Source: Ministeria vibrans ATCC 50519 | Lineage: Eukaryota > Protista > Filasterea | Length of the DNA: 41,297 nt | Assembly (NCBI GenBank): GCA_943704425.1 | Contig: CALSCP010002596.1 | Coordinates: forward strand, 1 to 41,297 | Direction: 5' to 3' | Translations under genes and position numbers: made by a program | Part shown: piece by piece, positions 21,093 through 31,718 of the stretch | Layout of the letters: each line of letters opens with the position of its first letter | Numbering within the stretch: the first letter of the stretch is position 1 | The notes under the pieces: model-generated | Told to the model about the DNA's origin: nothing | What the model saw: only the letters and a program-made list of their open reading frames with translations | Database searches by the model: none

Positions 21093-22820
21093 ATGCTGCG
21101 TATTGTGTTGAAAGGCGACAAGCAGAAGGTTTACGGCAAAGAGTTCTCCACCACCAAGCTGTACAAGCAGTACAAGGATCAGTTCAACCTCGAGGAGATC
21201 ATATGCGAGCACTCGGACCTCCACGTAGGCCTGCGTCCGTACCAGTATCGCGCGCTTCTCAGTGCTTACGACCACTACCGCGCGCCCTGCGCGCTACAAG
21301 CGAAGATTGCGATGCCTACCGGCTCAGGCAAGAGCATTGTCATTGCACTCTGTGCGTACGCCATCGGTACCCGCGTGCTCGTCCTCACCAGCTTGCCGTC
21401 ACTGTCCAATGAGGTACTCAAACACCTCGTTCCCGTCGTGGATCCGGAGACCGGTGTCACCAGGGACCGCTTTTCAGAATTCACGAATGTGAGTCCGGGG
21501 CAGTTTGTAGCCATGTGCCACCGCACTCGTGGCGATGTCGACGCCGTGCCCGAAGTCGTCCTCATTGGCGATGGGGAGAATGTTGAAGCGAAGCTGGCGG
21601 CAGTCAAGGGTGGCCAGGACAAGCCTGTGATTGTGGTGGTGAACTACCACAAGTTGAGCCAGGCACGGCGAGACGCGAACAACCGAACGGCAGTGGCTCA
21701 GTTCGGCTTTGACACGCTGATCACCGACGAGACGCATCATTCAGGGGCCACATCGTACGAGGCCATTACAGGCCTGCTGCCTACTGCGCGCAAGCTGGGA
21801 TTCAGTGCAACACCGTGGCACAACATCAACGACGTGCTCGCAGACTACCAGACACTTTTTGCACTGAGTGTCGAGGACGCCGTTACCTTCCGCGCTGTTG
21901 GTACACCCGTGCTCCACAAGCTGCGCATCAAGCACATCCACTTGTCGCCAAGGCAGGCTATCGAGGACTCCAAAAAGTTCTCGGTTTGCAGCGGCTGCGG
22001 CGAGCATGCAGAGATTGTCGGCGACAGCAGCACGCGCGGATGGAGCAGGAACGACCCCAACTATGAGGTCTACTGCTTGCCGTGTGCGATGGAGAAGCAG
22101 TGCCTTGACGAAGAGCCAGCGGACGTCACGAGTGCGTTTCGCAGGAGCAGGGGCGCGCGGATGCTTGTCAGCGGCCAGCTGATGCAAGTTGCTGGAGGAG
22201 ATCGAGAGCGAGAGGCGCCTCTGACAGCCGTATGGGCGCTGCTGACACATGCGCTCCTGCGACTGGTCGAGAAACGCGCCACCGGCAACATCAACCACAA
22301 GGCACTGGTGCGCTGCCAAAAGGATCTACCCGAGACCCAGGGTGGCTTCAAGCAAATGCCGTGGGTGCTCGATGTGTGCAGGCAGATTATTCACAAGCAC
22401 CAAAAAGAATGGGGGGTTCTGAAAGTGCGCACGTTTTCCGGCAGCGAGACTCAGCAGGCTCTGCAGCAAGAGCTGGACAGCGACAACATTCAGGTTGTGG
22501 TGGTGAAGGATAAACTGGGCGAGGGCTACGACGACAAAAGCTTCTCGGTCGTCGCGATTGTGAGCTACATAGGTTCCACCATCAAGTTCAGTCAGCTGGT
22601 GGGTCGTGCAATGCGCATGCGCGACACTGCGCATCCGGATGCCGACGACAATGCCGCGGACGTCTTTGCCCTGGACGACTTCAATGTCGATCTCCACTGG
22701 CAGGCGCTCAAGCAGCCTGTGCTCAGCAATGCCGACATCCCCAACGCCCGCGAGTGTTCTCTGGACCGGCCCGTGATCGCGGCCACCTTTGAAATGCAGC
22801 CTGAAAAGCCGCTAATTTGA
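21093..22820 (+). CDS. SF2 DExH helicase, ResIII/type III restriction-like, with an inserted CxxC..CxxC Zn ribbon
   Basis: LRPYQ (Q motif), MPTGSGKS (I), DETHH (II), GFSATP (III), KLGEGYD (V), QLVGRAMR (VI); CSGC...CLPC lies between the RecA domains. Intronless from ATG 21093. Confidence 0.85.
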   Translation: MLRIVLKGDKQKVYGKEFSTTKLYKQYKDQFNLEEIICEHSDLHVGLRPYQYRALLSAYDHYRAPCALQAKIAMPTGSGKSIVIALCAYAIGTRVLVLTSLPSLSNEVLKHLVPVVDPETGVTRDRFSEFTNVSPGQFVAMCHRTRGDVDAVPEVVLIGDGENVEAKLAAVKGGQDKPVIVVVNYHKLSQARRDANNRTAVAQFGFDTLITDETHHSGATSYEAITGLLPTARKLGFSATPWHNINDVLADYQTLFALSVEDAVTFRAVGTPVLHKLRIKHIHLSPRQAIEDSKKFSVCSGCGEHAEIVGDSSTRGWSRNDPNYEVYCLPCAMEKQCLDEEPADVTSAFRRSRGARMLVSGQLMQVAGGDREREAPLTAVWALLTHALLRLVEKRATGNINHKALVRCQKDLPETQGGFKQMPWVLDVCRQIIHKHQKEWGVLKVRTFSGSETQQALQQELDSDNIQVVVVKDKLGEGYDDKSFSVVAIVSYIGSTIKFSQLVGRAMRMRDTAHPDADDNAADVFALDDFNVDLHWQALKQPVLSNADIPNARECSLDRPVIAATFEMQPEKPLI

Positions 22821-23749
22821 TGGCGTTTTCTGTTGCGTGTTTTAGAGTGAGAGAGAAAGAGAGAGAGAAGAGTGGCAATTGAAGCGACAAGCAACAAGAA
22901 TAAAGGAAAAGAGACACATTTACCCCGCCCACCGGCTTGTTCAGCTCGGGGTTGTCCCGGAGCGTCAGTGTGTGCCAATGACCAATGAGAACGGCAACAA
23001 CGTTCGATTAGACTTTTATTATTCAATAATATTAATAAAATTATTGTTCTCTGCCCAAGCCACCCTCTCCTCCGACTTCTGTGAGCACGCGTTGGCGTCC
23101 CGCGGTTCGCGGGCGTGACCTGGTGTCTGGTTGTTGGTCGTCGGCCATGACGCACCGCATCCCGGCCTACGCTCGCAAAGATGCTGTAGCGGCCGCGAGA
23201 CAGTGCCTTGAGGCAGTGTATGAGCACTACAGAGAGTGGCAGCGGCACCAACAGGGTCCCTGATGGCTGCTGCCTGCTCCTGATGAATTTCCCATTTTAT
23301 CTTTTTCTTTCTTCCTCCCTTTCTTTCCCATTTCCCTTTTTGCATTTCCCTTCCTCCTTTTTCTTCTCCCTTTTTCGTGTGTGACTGAAATTCTCGGCCG
23401 AAGAGGTAGAGCTTGCTGAACTCCACGATGATTGAGATCCAGAAGAGAAGAGACATGCCACATCAATGTCCACAAGTGGCGCGTTGTCGGCTCGCGCGTC
23501 GTGTCGAAGGCGTGCTGTGTCCGAATCGTTCCCTCCACTGGAAGGGATTCGGCTACGAGGGCAATGGCGGATTGTTAGAGCTCCCTTTGAAGCCCTTGTG
23601 GCTCAGTTTTCTTTAATTCTCGAATCTGTTCTTTGACTTGAGTCTTCTTGTGCCCCCCGTTTGTCCAGAAGGGAGTGGATCGTTGAAGTTTTCCAGTTGG
23701 CAAAAGCCATTGCCCGATGACAACTACTCGGCAAACACTGTTGGTTATT

Positions 23750-23970
23750 TCCAAGATTGATCAAGGTGGATCAAGATGGATCAAGATTTTCAATAAAGGG
23801 GTTATAGGCGGTTTTGAAGTGTTCCAAATTCCAGTTCTGGAATTTCGCGACTTCGTCCATCTTGGTCGCTCTTGATTTCTCTTTATCCTCTTGATCCATC
23901 TTGATCCATCTTGGTGTCAAGAGCCAAGATTGATCTTGGCACGATCATCTTGACAAGATTTTCCAAGATT
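23750..23970. repeat. Cluster of direct and inverted (T/C)CAAGAT(GGA) repeats
   Basis: tcaaggtggatcaagatggatcaagat (23761-23787) is inverted relative to tcttgatccatcttgatccatcttgg (23889-23914); further ccaagatt/atcttg copies follow. Confidence 0.75.
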
Positions 23971-23971
23971 T

Positions 23972-25501
23972 TTGCTTTTCTTCCCGGCTCAAAGGGTGTG
24001 CTCCAGCCAGAACGACACTTTCAATATCTGCCATAGCAAAATTCAGACCATCAGCCATAGTGAAGGAGACATCGTATGGTCACTGAAATCAATGTACATC
24101 AGCGAGAGTGGTTCTCAGGCTGTCTTCAGCATGCAGGACTGGTTCTTCAACTACAACCGCGACACATACACTCTTACCTGTGATCCGTCACAGCCGATTG
24201 TGTTCGAGAAGGGTGGTGCTCATTACATCAATATGTTCAAGGGTATCAAGGCCAAGAATGATAAGAAGTACGATGACTACACACAAGAGCAAAAATCTGC
24301 TTGTGAGTTTATCTGGGAGCACATCCACAAGGTCATATGTAGTGATAATGAACTTGACTTTAAATACCTGAGGCAACACATCGCGAACACTGTTCTTGGA
24401 CGTAAGCAGAAGACAATTGTCCTCCTTCTTGGAGAGCAGGGCTCGGGTAAGTCGACCGTGTTTGAGGACTTCATTGGGAAACTGGTGATAGGTCAGGAGG
24501 CGTTCCTGATCACAAACGATAGAAACTGTCTTCTCGGTCGCTTCAACGGCGAGTTACAGGGAAAGTGCGTTCTGTTTTTCTCAGAGCCACAGGGTGAAAA
24601 CACCGGCATCGGGTATTGGGAGGCATTTTCCGACAAGATGAAGCATCTTGCAACGGGCTTCACAATAGAGCTCGAGTTCAAGGGAAAGGACAAGATTTCG
24701 ATCCCAAACATCATCACAGTCTATCTTGTGGCAAACAGAATGCCAATGAAGATTGAGAAAGGTGATCGTAGAGTCTTTGCGCCTTTGATCAGCGGAGCAC
24801 GCATTGGAGACACAACGTACTTCGACAAACTCGTAAACTGCATCGAGATTGAGGGTGTTGCAGAGTGTTTCTACTCTCATTGTGCACAAATAGCTGATCC
24901 CAACTTCAACAGTCTGAAAGAACTGCTCTCGTTGCCAAATGAGGTCAAAAAGACTGTCATTGCCCAAAATTTGCATCCAGTGTACAAGTACGTCAAGGAG
25001 GCTTACTTGGAGCAAAAGGATGGTCTTGATATGGTCTTTGCTGATTTTGTCAAAGAGGTGTCCTGGTCAATGAAAGGCAAACCCCTGTCTCGAATTTCCG
25101 TCACCAAACTGTTGAAGAAGATAGATATCGAGACTGTGAGGAAGAACGTCACACTCGACAATGGTAAGAAGACCACTCGGTTCCACCTTTCAGAAACATA
25201 CGAAGAATTGCTTGAAAAGTTCCAGAAGCACAACTTGATACACGAAACGGATGACATCGATGACGGAACAATGGATGATGACGTGATTGATGATATACCG
25301 AAGAAAAAGGTTGACAAGACTGACTACAAGTTGGAACTGCTGATGGAGAAACTTGATGATCTCAAGAGGGAGAATGAAGATCTGAGAGCACAGCTGGCTG
25401 ACAAGAATGAGGTCAAAGCGGTGACCAAGGCGGTTGTGAAGAAGTCTAAGAAGAAGTACAAGAACACTATCACTGACAGCATTGATGAGATCTTTGGTTG
25501 A
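23972..25501 (+). CDS. Viral SF3 (D5-like) primase-helicase, N-terminally truncated
   Basis: Walker A GEQGSGKS, LLGRFNGELQGKCVLFFSE (Walker B region), LVAN (sensor), GDRR (Arg finger). Intronless, lower GC, K/D-rich tail. Confidence 0.85.
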   Translation: MLFFPAQRVCSSQNDTFNICHSKIQTISHSEGDIVWSLKSMYISESGSQAVFSMQDWFFNYNRDTYTLTCDPSQPIVFEKGGAHYINMFKGIKAKNDKKYDDYTQEQKSACEFIWEHIHKVICSDNELDFKYLRQHIANTVLGRKQKTIVLLLGEQGSGKSTVFEDFIGKLVIGQEAFLITNDRNCLLGRFNGELQGKCVLFFSEPQGENTGIGYWEAFSDKMKHLATGFTIELEFKGKDKISIPNIITVYLVANRMPMKIEKGDRRVFAPLISGARIGDTTYFDKLVNCIEIEGVAECFYSHCAQIADPNFNSLKELLSLPNEVKKTVIAQNLHPVYKYVKEAYLEQKDGLDMVFADFVKEVSWSMKGKPLSRISVTKLLKKIDIETVRKNVTLDNGKKTTRFHLSETYEELLEKFQKHNLIHETDDIDDGTMDDDVIDDIPKKKVDKTDYKLELLMEKLDDLKRENEDLRAQLADKNEVKAVTKAVVKKSKKKYKNTITDSIDEIFG

Positions 25502-25540
25502 TCATGTTTGCAAACTTTTGCAAAGTTTTGCAAGGTGCTT

Positions 25541-26812
25541 TTATTCATATTTTTTGTTCGGTTTTCTTTCTCTACCGCTTCTACTTGTAGTAGATGTGGT
25601 TTTCTTCTCTGGTGTCTTCTTGACTGCCTTCTTTACCGGTTTCGGGGCATCTTTCTTCTTTGGTAGTTTCTTAGCTGGCTTCAGAACGGTTTGTTTTGGT
25701 TTTACTTCGAACTCCTTCATAATGTCAGGAATCTCCTTCACAACCTGCGAACGGGGCAACCATCTGTCCCATTCAGGCCCGTAGCCTTTCCATCTGACCT
25801 TGTAGTGAATTCTACCTTTCTGCTTTTCTTTGTCAACGATCCTCGACACTTCAAATTTTCTTTGTGATTCCTTGCCTGGCTTCTGTTCATCTTTTTTGAC
25901 AACTTGTAGCTGGTTTTTCGTGTACACAACACCTGGATGGTTCTTGACCCTATAGCCGGGGGCCATCCCTGGATTGATCATCACTTGTTCAATTGGTTCC
26001 GGTTTGATAGACCATCGCACATCGCCACTCCGGAAATTGCCATGAAGTCTCTCGCCACCGACGGGATTACGGGGTTTGTCTATCGCAACTCTGACATATT
26101 CACCTTCTTTTAGTAGGTGACAGCCGGTACCACTGCATGATGGTGAAATGTCGCTCGATTTCGATTGCTTTGTTGACGTTTGCTTCTCTTGTGCATGCTG
26201 GTTCATCACACGAATAATAGACGGCAGATCCGACTTCCATTCTCGAGACTGTTCACCAGTTCTGAGTTCCTGTGCTAGTTGGCGCTTTGCAATTGCGTGA
26301 CCGATGGTCTTATTCGCATTTTCGACTAATGCCTGTTGACTCGATCGTCCTGGTGCTCCGACCTTGTGTATGATGCCCTTCTGCTTCAAAAGTGTGTCGA
26401 ACTGATTCTTGAACTCAGACCCACTGTCTGTCTGCATGTATTTGGGCCAGGAGAGTGTCTTCCGACTATAGATCTTCTTGAGGGCATCCGCAACTGTTTT
26501 TGCATCCCGAGACTTCAATGGCTCAGCGTCAACCTTTTTTGACGATGCATCCTTCACCACCAGAGAGTATTTGTACCCATTATCATTAGGCAGGTAGACT
26601 AAATCAGCTTGGTGTACGACGCCGGGATTCGGCACCTGAAAGCGAGCTTGGTTCTTCCCCTTTGCTTTCTTGGGAGGGGTGGTCAGGTTTGAAACCAGGC
26701 TATTTTTCTTGCTACTGGTGCCCAGCTCTTCATCCAATTTATCGAATAATGACTTCTTCTTAGTCTTCTTCTTAGTATTCTTTGTGCTACTCATTATATT
26801 GTAACAGTTCAT
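25541..26812 (-). CDS. Retroviral-type (rve) integrase with C-terminal chromodomain, Polinton/Maverick/mavirus type
   Basis: HQADL / QTDSGSEF / LVENANKTI give the D-D-E triad; FEVSRIVDK...YKVRWKGYGPEWDRWLP is a chromodomain. Stand-alone ORF with no RT/RNase H upstream. Confidence 0.9.
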   Translation of the reverse strand: MNCYNIMSSTKNTKKKTKKKSLFDKLDEELGTSSKKNSLVSNLTTPPKKAKGKNQARFQVPNPGVVHQADLVYLPNDNGYKYSLVVKDASSKKVDAEPLKSRDAKTVADALKKIYSRKTLSWPKYMQTDSGSEFKNQFDTLLKQKGIIHKVGAPGRSSQQALVENANKTIGHAIAKRQLAQELRTGEQSREWKSDLPSIIRVMNQHAQEKQTSTKQSKSSDISPSCSGTGCHLLKEGEYVRVAIDKPRNPVGGERLHGNFRSGDVRWSIKPEPIEQVMINPGMAPGYRVKNHPGVVYTKNQLQVVKKDEQKPGKESQRKFEVSRIVDKEKQKGRIHYKVRWKGYGPEWDRWLPRSQVVKEIPDIMKEFEVKPKQTVLKPAKKLPKKKDAPKPVKKAVKKTPEKKTTSTTSRSGRERKPNKKYE

Positions 26813-26881
26813 AATAATTCTGGGTGGACATTACGTCCGTGGCATATAAATAATCACATCCTACAGTACAAACATACAACA

Positions 26882-27883
26882 ATGGCAACAAGAACTGTCA
26901 CGTACGCGGGATCCGCGCTCTTGAAGACAGCTGATAACAGCAACTTTATCTATGTCGGTAGTGAAGATAAATACTACAACGCAGGCGAATCAAAGCTGTA
27001 CACACAGGATGTGTCAGCAGAGGCTATCAGCGCTTCAAGTATGGCACTTACAGGTAATATGACTCTAGTTGATCTCTCCGCGTCTGGGGATATATCGGGA
27101 GTCGACATTGACGCTAGTGGCAATATGAGCTGTGTTCAACTCGATGCATCAGGTGCTGTCAACGGTGATTCCGCCGATATTACAAACAATGCCTCAGTTG
27201 GCGGTGCACTGACTGTTACAGGAAACGGTACATTTGCGGATGTTAATGGTTCCAATGCCACCTTTAGTGGCGCCGTGGCTGGTGATAATGGTACCTTTAC
27301 AGGAGACGTTAACGTCACTGGAGACATCACAGGAGGCAATGACTGCACCCTCTCTGGCCAGCTCCAGGCCCCAGAGATCCAAGTTACAGATGATGCTGAG
27401 ATCGTAGGCACACTGACACACGCCGAGTCCGGGGCCCAGATGACATCTCTTCAGACAACAGCTCCAAACTTCGAGGACGGAAGATCAGTCAGAGAGTACT
27501 CAATCAGCGCATTTTCAAACGACGGTTCAAACGTCCTGAAGTCATACGATCTCAGCGACGGGATAACCAAGGATGCTCTCATCGGCTTCGATGCCTTGAT
27601 TGTCGCAAAGAAGGACGATGCATCACTTGAATACGGCGGATGTTTCCGCGTGAATGGTGTAGCTAGCTATGTGGCTTCTACAGGCAATGCATCAGTTCTG
27701 TCATCTGCTATTGAACAGATCGGCCTCACATCTAGTGCAGACACAGACGGTTATAATGTCAGCGTCGCAAGTTCAACATCAAATCTTCAATTTTCATGCA
27801 CTACGGGTGCTGATACGGCTGGTGATGCAAAGGTGATGTGGTCAATCGATGTCGCAAGGTCGATGCTTGCGTGCAGTCAGTGA
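26882..27883 (+). CDS. Putative virion fibre/spike-like protein (G/S/T/D-rich beta repeats)
   Basis: Repeats such as LSASGDISG, IDASGNMS, LTVTGNGTF, VNVTGDITG. Intronless; divergent from the integrase across a 69-bp AT-rich spacer. Confidence 0.55.
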   Translation: MATRTVTYAGSALLKTADNSNFIYVGSEDKYYNAGESKLYTQDVSAEAISASSMALTGNMTLVDLSASGDISGVDIDASGNMSCVQLDASGAVNGDSADITNNASVGGALTVTGNGTFADVNGSNATFSGAVAGDNGTFTGDVNVTGDITGGNDCTLSGQLQAPEIQVTDDAEIVGTLTHAESGAQMTSLQTTAPNFEDGRSVREYSISAFSNDGSNVLKSYDLSDGITKDALIGFDALIVAKKDDASLEYGGCFRVNGVASYVASTGNASVLSSAIEQIGLTSSADTDGYNVSVASSTSNLQFSCTTGADTAGDAKVMWSIDVARSMLACSQ

Positions 27884-27918
27884 GAAGATGTAAAATGAAA
27901 AATGACATTCCAAAAATG

Positions 27919-30739
27919 GAGGAAAAATCAGAATCCACAATTTTTTTAATTAGTAATCCTAGAATCCATACTTTTGTATGGATTCTAGGATTTTTTGTGT
28001 GGATTCTGGGGCGCGAATTTAAACTTCACTACCACCAAGTTTCTTGATCAAATAATTTAACGCAAGCATTGAGCAGTGACCCTGTGACAACTTTGGGTTA
28101 CTGTAATGAGTGATTTTTCCGATTTCGGTACTAGAAAAAGCAAATCAAAAAAGACACTAACTATTTTTCTTGTACCCGTGCCACGCAGAAACTAGGGAGT
28201 TACCGCGGATCCGGAGGGTGGCTGCTGATGTAACTTTGGACGTTGATTCCGATCATGACGTTGATCCTGATCTTGCTCGTCTACAAAGAGCGTTTGCGCC
28301 AAACAAGACTTTCGCGCGCAAAGAAGATTTCCTTTCCGAGTTGAAGCAACTCTGCCTTCTACTCGACCGCAACTATGGTTGTGCCAATGGAAACAATACT
28401 ACACGTCACATGGTGTTCTGTAGCACGGTGTCCGGCAACAAAAATCCCCTCAAAATTGACGGTAGGTGCAGGTTTATTTTGTTGAGATTTCGTGAGATCC
28501 TCAGAAATTCTCATTTCGCTTTGCCCCACCAGGTGCATGTCCTTTTCATATCGTGATGAAAATCGATCCCGAGGCTGGTGGAGAGATGAGTGTCCTAAAG
28601 AGCCATTTCATTCACACCTGCTCAGCTGAGCAAAATAAAGCAGGACGGCGGACACTTTTGAGCGCCTCATTTGAGCAAGTGTTGGATTGCGCTCGCCGTA
28701 TCCTGCCCGCGTCTCGTGCTGGATCGTGGACCAAGGCCCTCGACGAGGCCCTGTCAGCTCGAACGCTGACTGCGTCCAACTCTGTTAAGGCTCGTGCCAT
28801 CTCTGTTGCTTCTATTGAGGCGCAAGGAACAGCGGACGATGAGGAATTCGCCTCCCTTGTGGCGTTTGTGCAGGCGTACGATGGGGTCGACGACGAATCG
28901 TACGGCACCTACACTGTGGATGATGTTGGCCACTTTGTACGGGCCTTGATTGTTCACGGATTCGGCGCCAGAGCAGTTTCAGCGCGCTTTCTCGCAAACA
29001 TCCATTCTCTTGACCTCTCTCACATCGCGGGACGTATAGACGAGCGTGTGGCCAGGAACCTCATTTACAACGACGACAAGGAAGACGAGGTTAAGAGTGT
29101 CAGTGAGGATGGGGACAATGACGATGAAGATTACGATGACGATGACTATGACTATGACGATGGGGTTGAGGGTGAGCATGGGACGGCCGACGATGACGGC
29201 GTGACGGCGGATGCGGAGCTTGAGACGCGTCGACATGCGAGAGCGCGAGGGAAGCATGCGAAGGATGCGAGCAGCAAACCCAGAGCAGGGTCACGAGGGC
29301 GACCGAAACGCGTCAACATTCAGTATGGCAGACTAATTGCTTTGGTTGGTCGCACGTATACGGCTCAACGTGTGGTGCTCGCACTCGGCATTGTTCCTAC
29401 CGAGAGTAGTGAGCACGTCGACTGGTTTCTTCGTGAGAGCGAAGCGCAACTTGGACTGCGCGAAGCCTATGGCGTCGTCAACTTTCTGATGGATCGAGGC
29501 GCAGCCATCAATGGTGCAACCAAAGCTGTTTTTGGTGAAGGCAACTGTTTCATCGCGCACTGCTACCCTCATTTTGAGCGGAACGTGGTGGACTTCATTG
29601 GCAGCAGCGTTTCCATGGAGACCAAGGCAAACATCATACAACTTGTCCGCCTCGCACACTGCACGACAATTCCGGCTGAGTTTCACGAGGCACTGTCCAC
29701 CATCAAGGGCCTATCCGAGCGCACCTTCACCTACCTCCAGGCTCACCCCAAAGAACAGTGGGCCAGTAGTTTTGTTCCGTTCAACACCCTTGGCAACTTC
29801 ACCAGCAACGACGTGGAGAGTTTGTATGGCACAGCCATTGAGTGGAAACGTCGCGCGGGCGTGTTTACCACGTTTGTGAAAGCACTCACAGGAGCGAGTG
29901 GAACTGCATACAGGATCGATAAGGCTTACTCGAGCGCCAAAGAAACATTCTTTGCGACAGCTGCTCTCGGGAAACAGTATCTCGAGCACCTCAAGGCTGC
30001 GCGCCAACACTATCGAGTTGAACAACGACTCAGTACGGTACGTCAATTGTGACCTTGATTTTTTAATTGAAAGAACAAAAAAGTTAAGTTAGTGTGGATG
30101 TTTAGGCACAAGTGATCATATCAAATCGCAACCACCAGAACCGACTCTACACCATTGACTTGCGAGATGTGACCAACCGGGCTCAGCTGTGCTCCTCCGG
30201 CTGCAACCGCGTGAGTGTGATCCCCTGCGTCCACGTCGTCTTCGCTATTCGCATTGGCAAGCTCCTTGACGGAGATATCAAGACAGTGTGTCTTCCAATG
30301 ACGCTGCGTGAACATGCCCGGCCCGCCCTTCCAGCTCCGTCTACTATACCAGCAACAAGTGTGTTGCGCCGGGCGGAGGGGATTCTTCGCCCGACGTGGC
30401 TTTCTGTTGATCTTCGCCCGTCTCTGCTACCCCCTGAAATTGTGCGACAGTCCTGTCCTACTAAGCCACCTGGCGCCGCGAGTGCGAGCCAAGTTCTCTC
30501 TCGCCTTCCAACTGGCTTGACTGGAGCGCGATTGTACAGCAACGGCGAGAAGAACCTCAAGGTTTTGTCTCGTAAGCGCGTTCAGGACAACCTCGCCACT
30601 CAAACAATGAGGTTCAGCATCGCGAGAGGACGGGCTGAGAGGAATCGGACATTGGAGCTTCGCAAGCTCAAGCGACAACGGCTGCACACTCGTCGACGAG
30701 CTGTCAACGGTGTACACCGTACCCACGACAACGACGGCA

Positions 30740-30770
<31 letters not shown>

Positions 30771-31178
30771 TGGTGATGGTGATGGTGATGATGATGGTGA
30801 TGATGATGATGAGGAGGAGGAGGAAGAGGAGGAGGAAACCGAAACTAACCGCCCTCGAAAGCGCCGTGGTCGCTGTGGCGAGTGTAACAAGTTCGGGCAC
30901 TACGCTCCAACCTGCCCTGAGAAATTGGTTCTCTAGCGCTGATTTTGAGAGGAAAGAGATAATTATAGAGGGAGTGAAGGGAATGAGTCGAGTGGAGAGG
31001 GTTGAAAGGAGGTTGAAAATAAAAAATACAAAAGTGTGGATTCTAGATTTTCGTTAAAAAAGCCTGCCTGAAAAAGTGTGGATTCTAGGATTATTTTTAT
31101 AAAAATTATGGATTCTGGATTTAAAGTATGGATTCTAGGATTACTAATTAAAAAAATTGTGGATTCTGATTTTTCCTC
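27919..31178 (+). mobile_element. Complete Mutator-like element (MULE)
   Basis: Perfect 56-bp TIRs (27919-27974 / 31123-31178, gaggaaaaatcagaatcc...), 9-bp TSD CCAAAAATG (27910-27918 / 31179-31187), subterminal tggattct repeats. Confidence 0.95.
28553..30936 (+). CDS. MULE transposase (multi-exon; extra 5' exon about 28190-28462, intron about 30038-30105)
   Basis: HSLDLSH (D), FLMDRGAAI (D), HCYPH (CxxH), TSNDVESL (E), SWIM-like CSSGC...PCVH, C-terminal zinc knuckle CGECNKFGHYAPTC. Confidence 0.85.
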
Positions 31179-31718
31179 CCAAAAATGACAAAAAATATGT
31201 CATTCATTGTTTTGATCTTACTGCAGAAAAACCGCGTTTCGATCACTTTTTTCGCCCTAACCTAAGAGTAAGTTCATGATTGTCTTGCAGGTGTTATGTA
31301 CGCGTGTGGTAGGGTGCTTGGGAGGGTGTTCTGTGTAATTTCATGCGATGTTAGAGTGACCGCAAAGCGACGAATTTTTGTTCTGGCGCATGCCGTCGCC
31401 TGCCTATGCATGTTGGGGTGTATGGGTGGTTTTCTATGACGGTTGGGCTAACAGTGTGGTGGCGGACCCCGGGGATTTTGCGTGGCGTGCATTCTCGGTT
31501 AATTTTTCTTCGCAAATGCTTTTCTCCATGTCGCACATGCCATTCTCTTGCTGTGTCTACGTAGGGACGTATAGGCAGTGTGGTATACTAGTGGGGTAAA
31601 CGGCGTGGTGTCGGGGCGCGGGGATTTTGCATGATTTTGACATTTGGACGCTTGAATCTCGTTTATAAACTATGTTTAACTATAGCTCTCCATTTTGGGG
31701 TTGGCACGAATTTGAACA

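Larger units (their letters stand above)
23972..31230. mobile_element. Endogenous Polinton-like/virophage-like viral fragment, interrupted just after the fibre gene by a MULE
   Basis: Three tightly packed intronless genes (SF3 helicase, rve-chromo integrase, fibre-like) with visibly lower GC than neighbouring genes. No capsid, pPolB or TIR was recognised. Confidence 0.7.

Noticed and set aside
25541-26812. Chromovirus LTR retrotransposon
   Set aside because: No gag, protease, RT, RNase H or LTRs; the neighbours are DNA-virus-type genes.
30427-31057. Poly-Val/Ile, poly-Ser and poly-Thr/Met ORFs
   Set aside because: Alternative frames of the GAC/GAT/GAG acidic tract of the MULE transposase.
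2940-31263. Interstitial telomere-like 9-12-mers (2940, 7352, 8410, 31255) as healing scars
   Set aside because: Fewer than two full units each, which is compatible with chance.
23700-31270. Terminal inverted repeats/TSD for the viral element
   Set aside because: No convincing inverted match between the two flanks could be found by eye.
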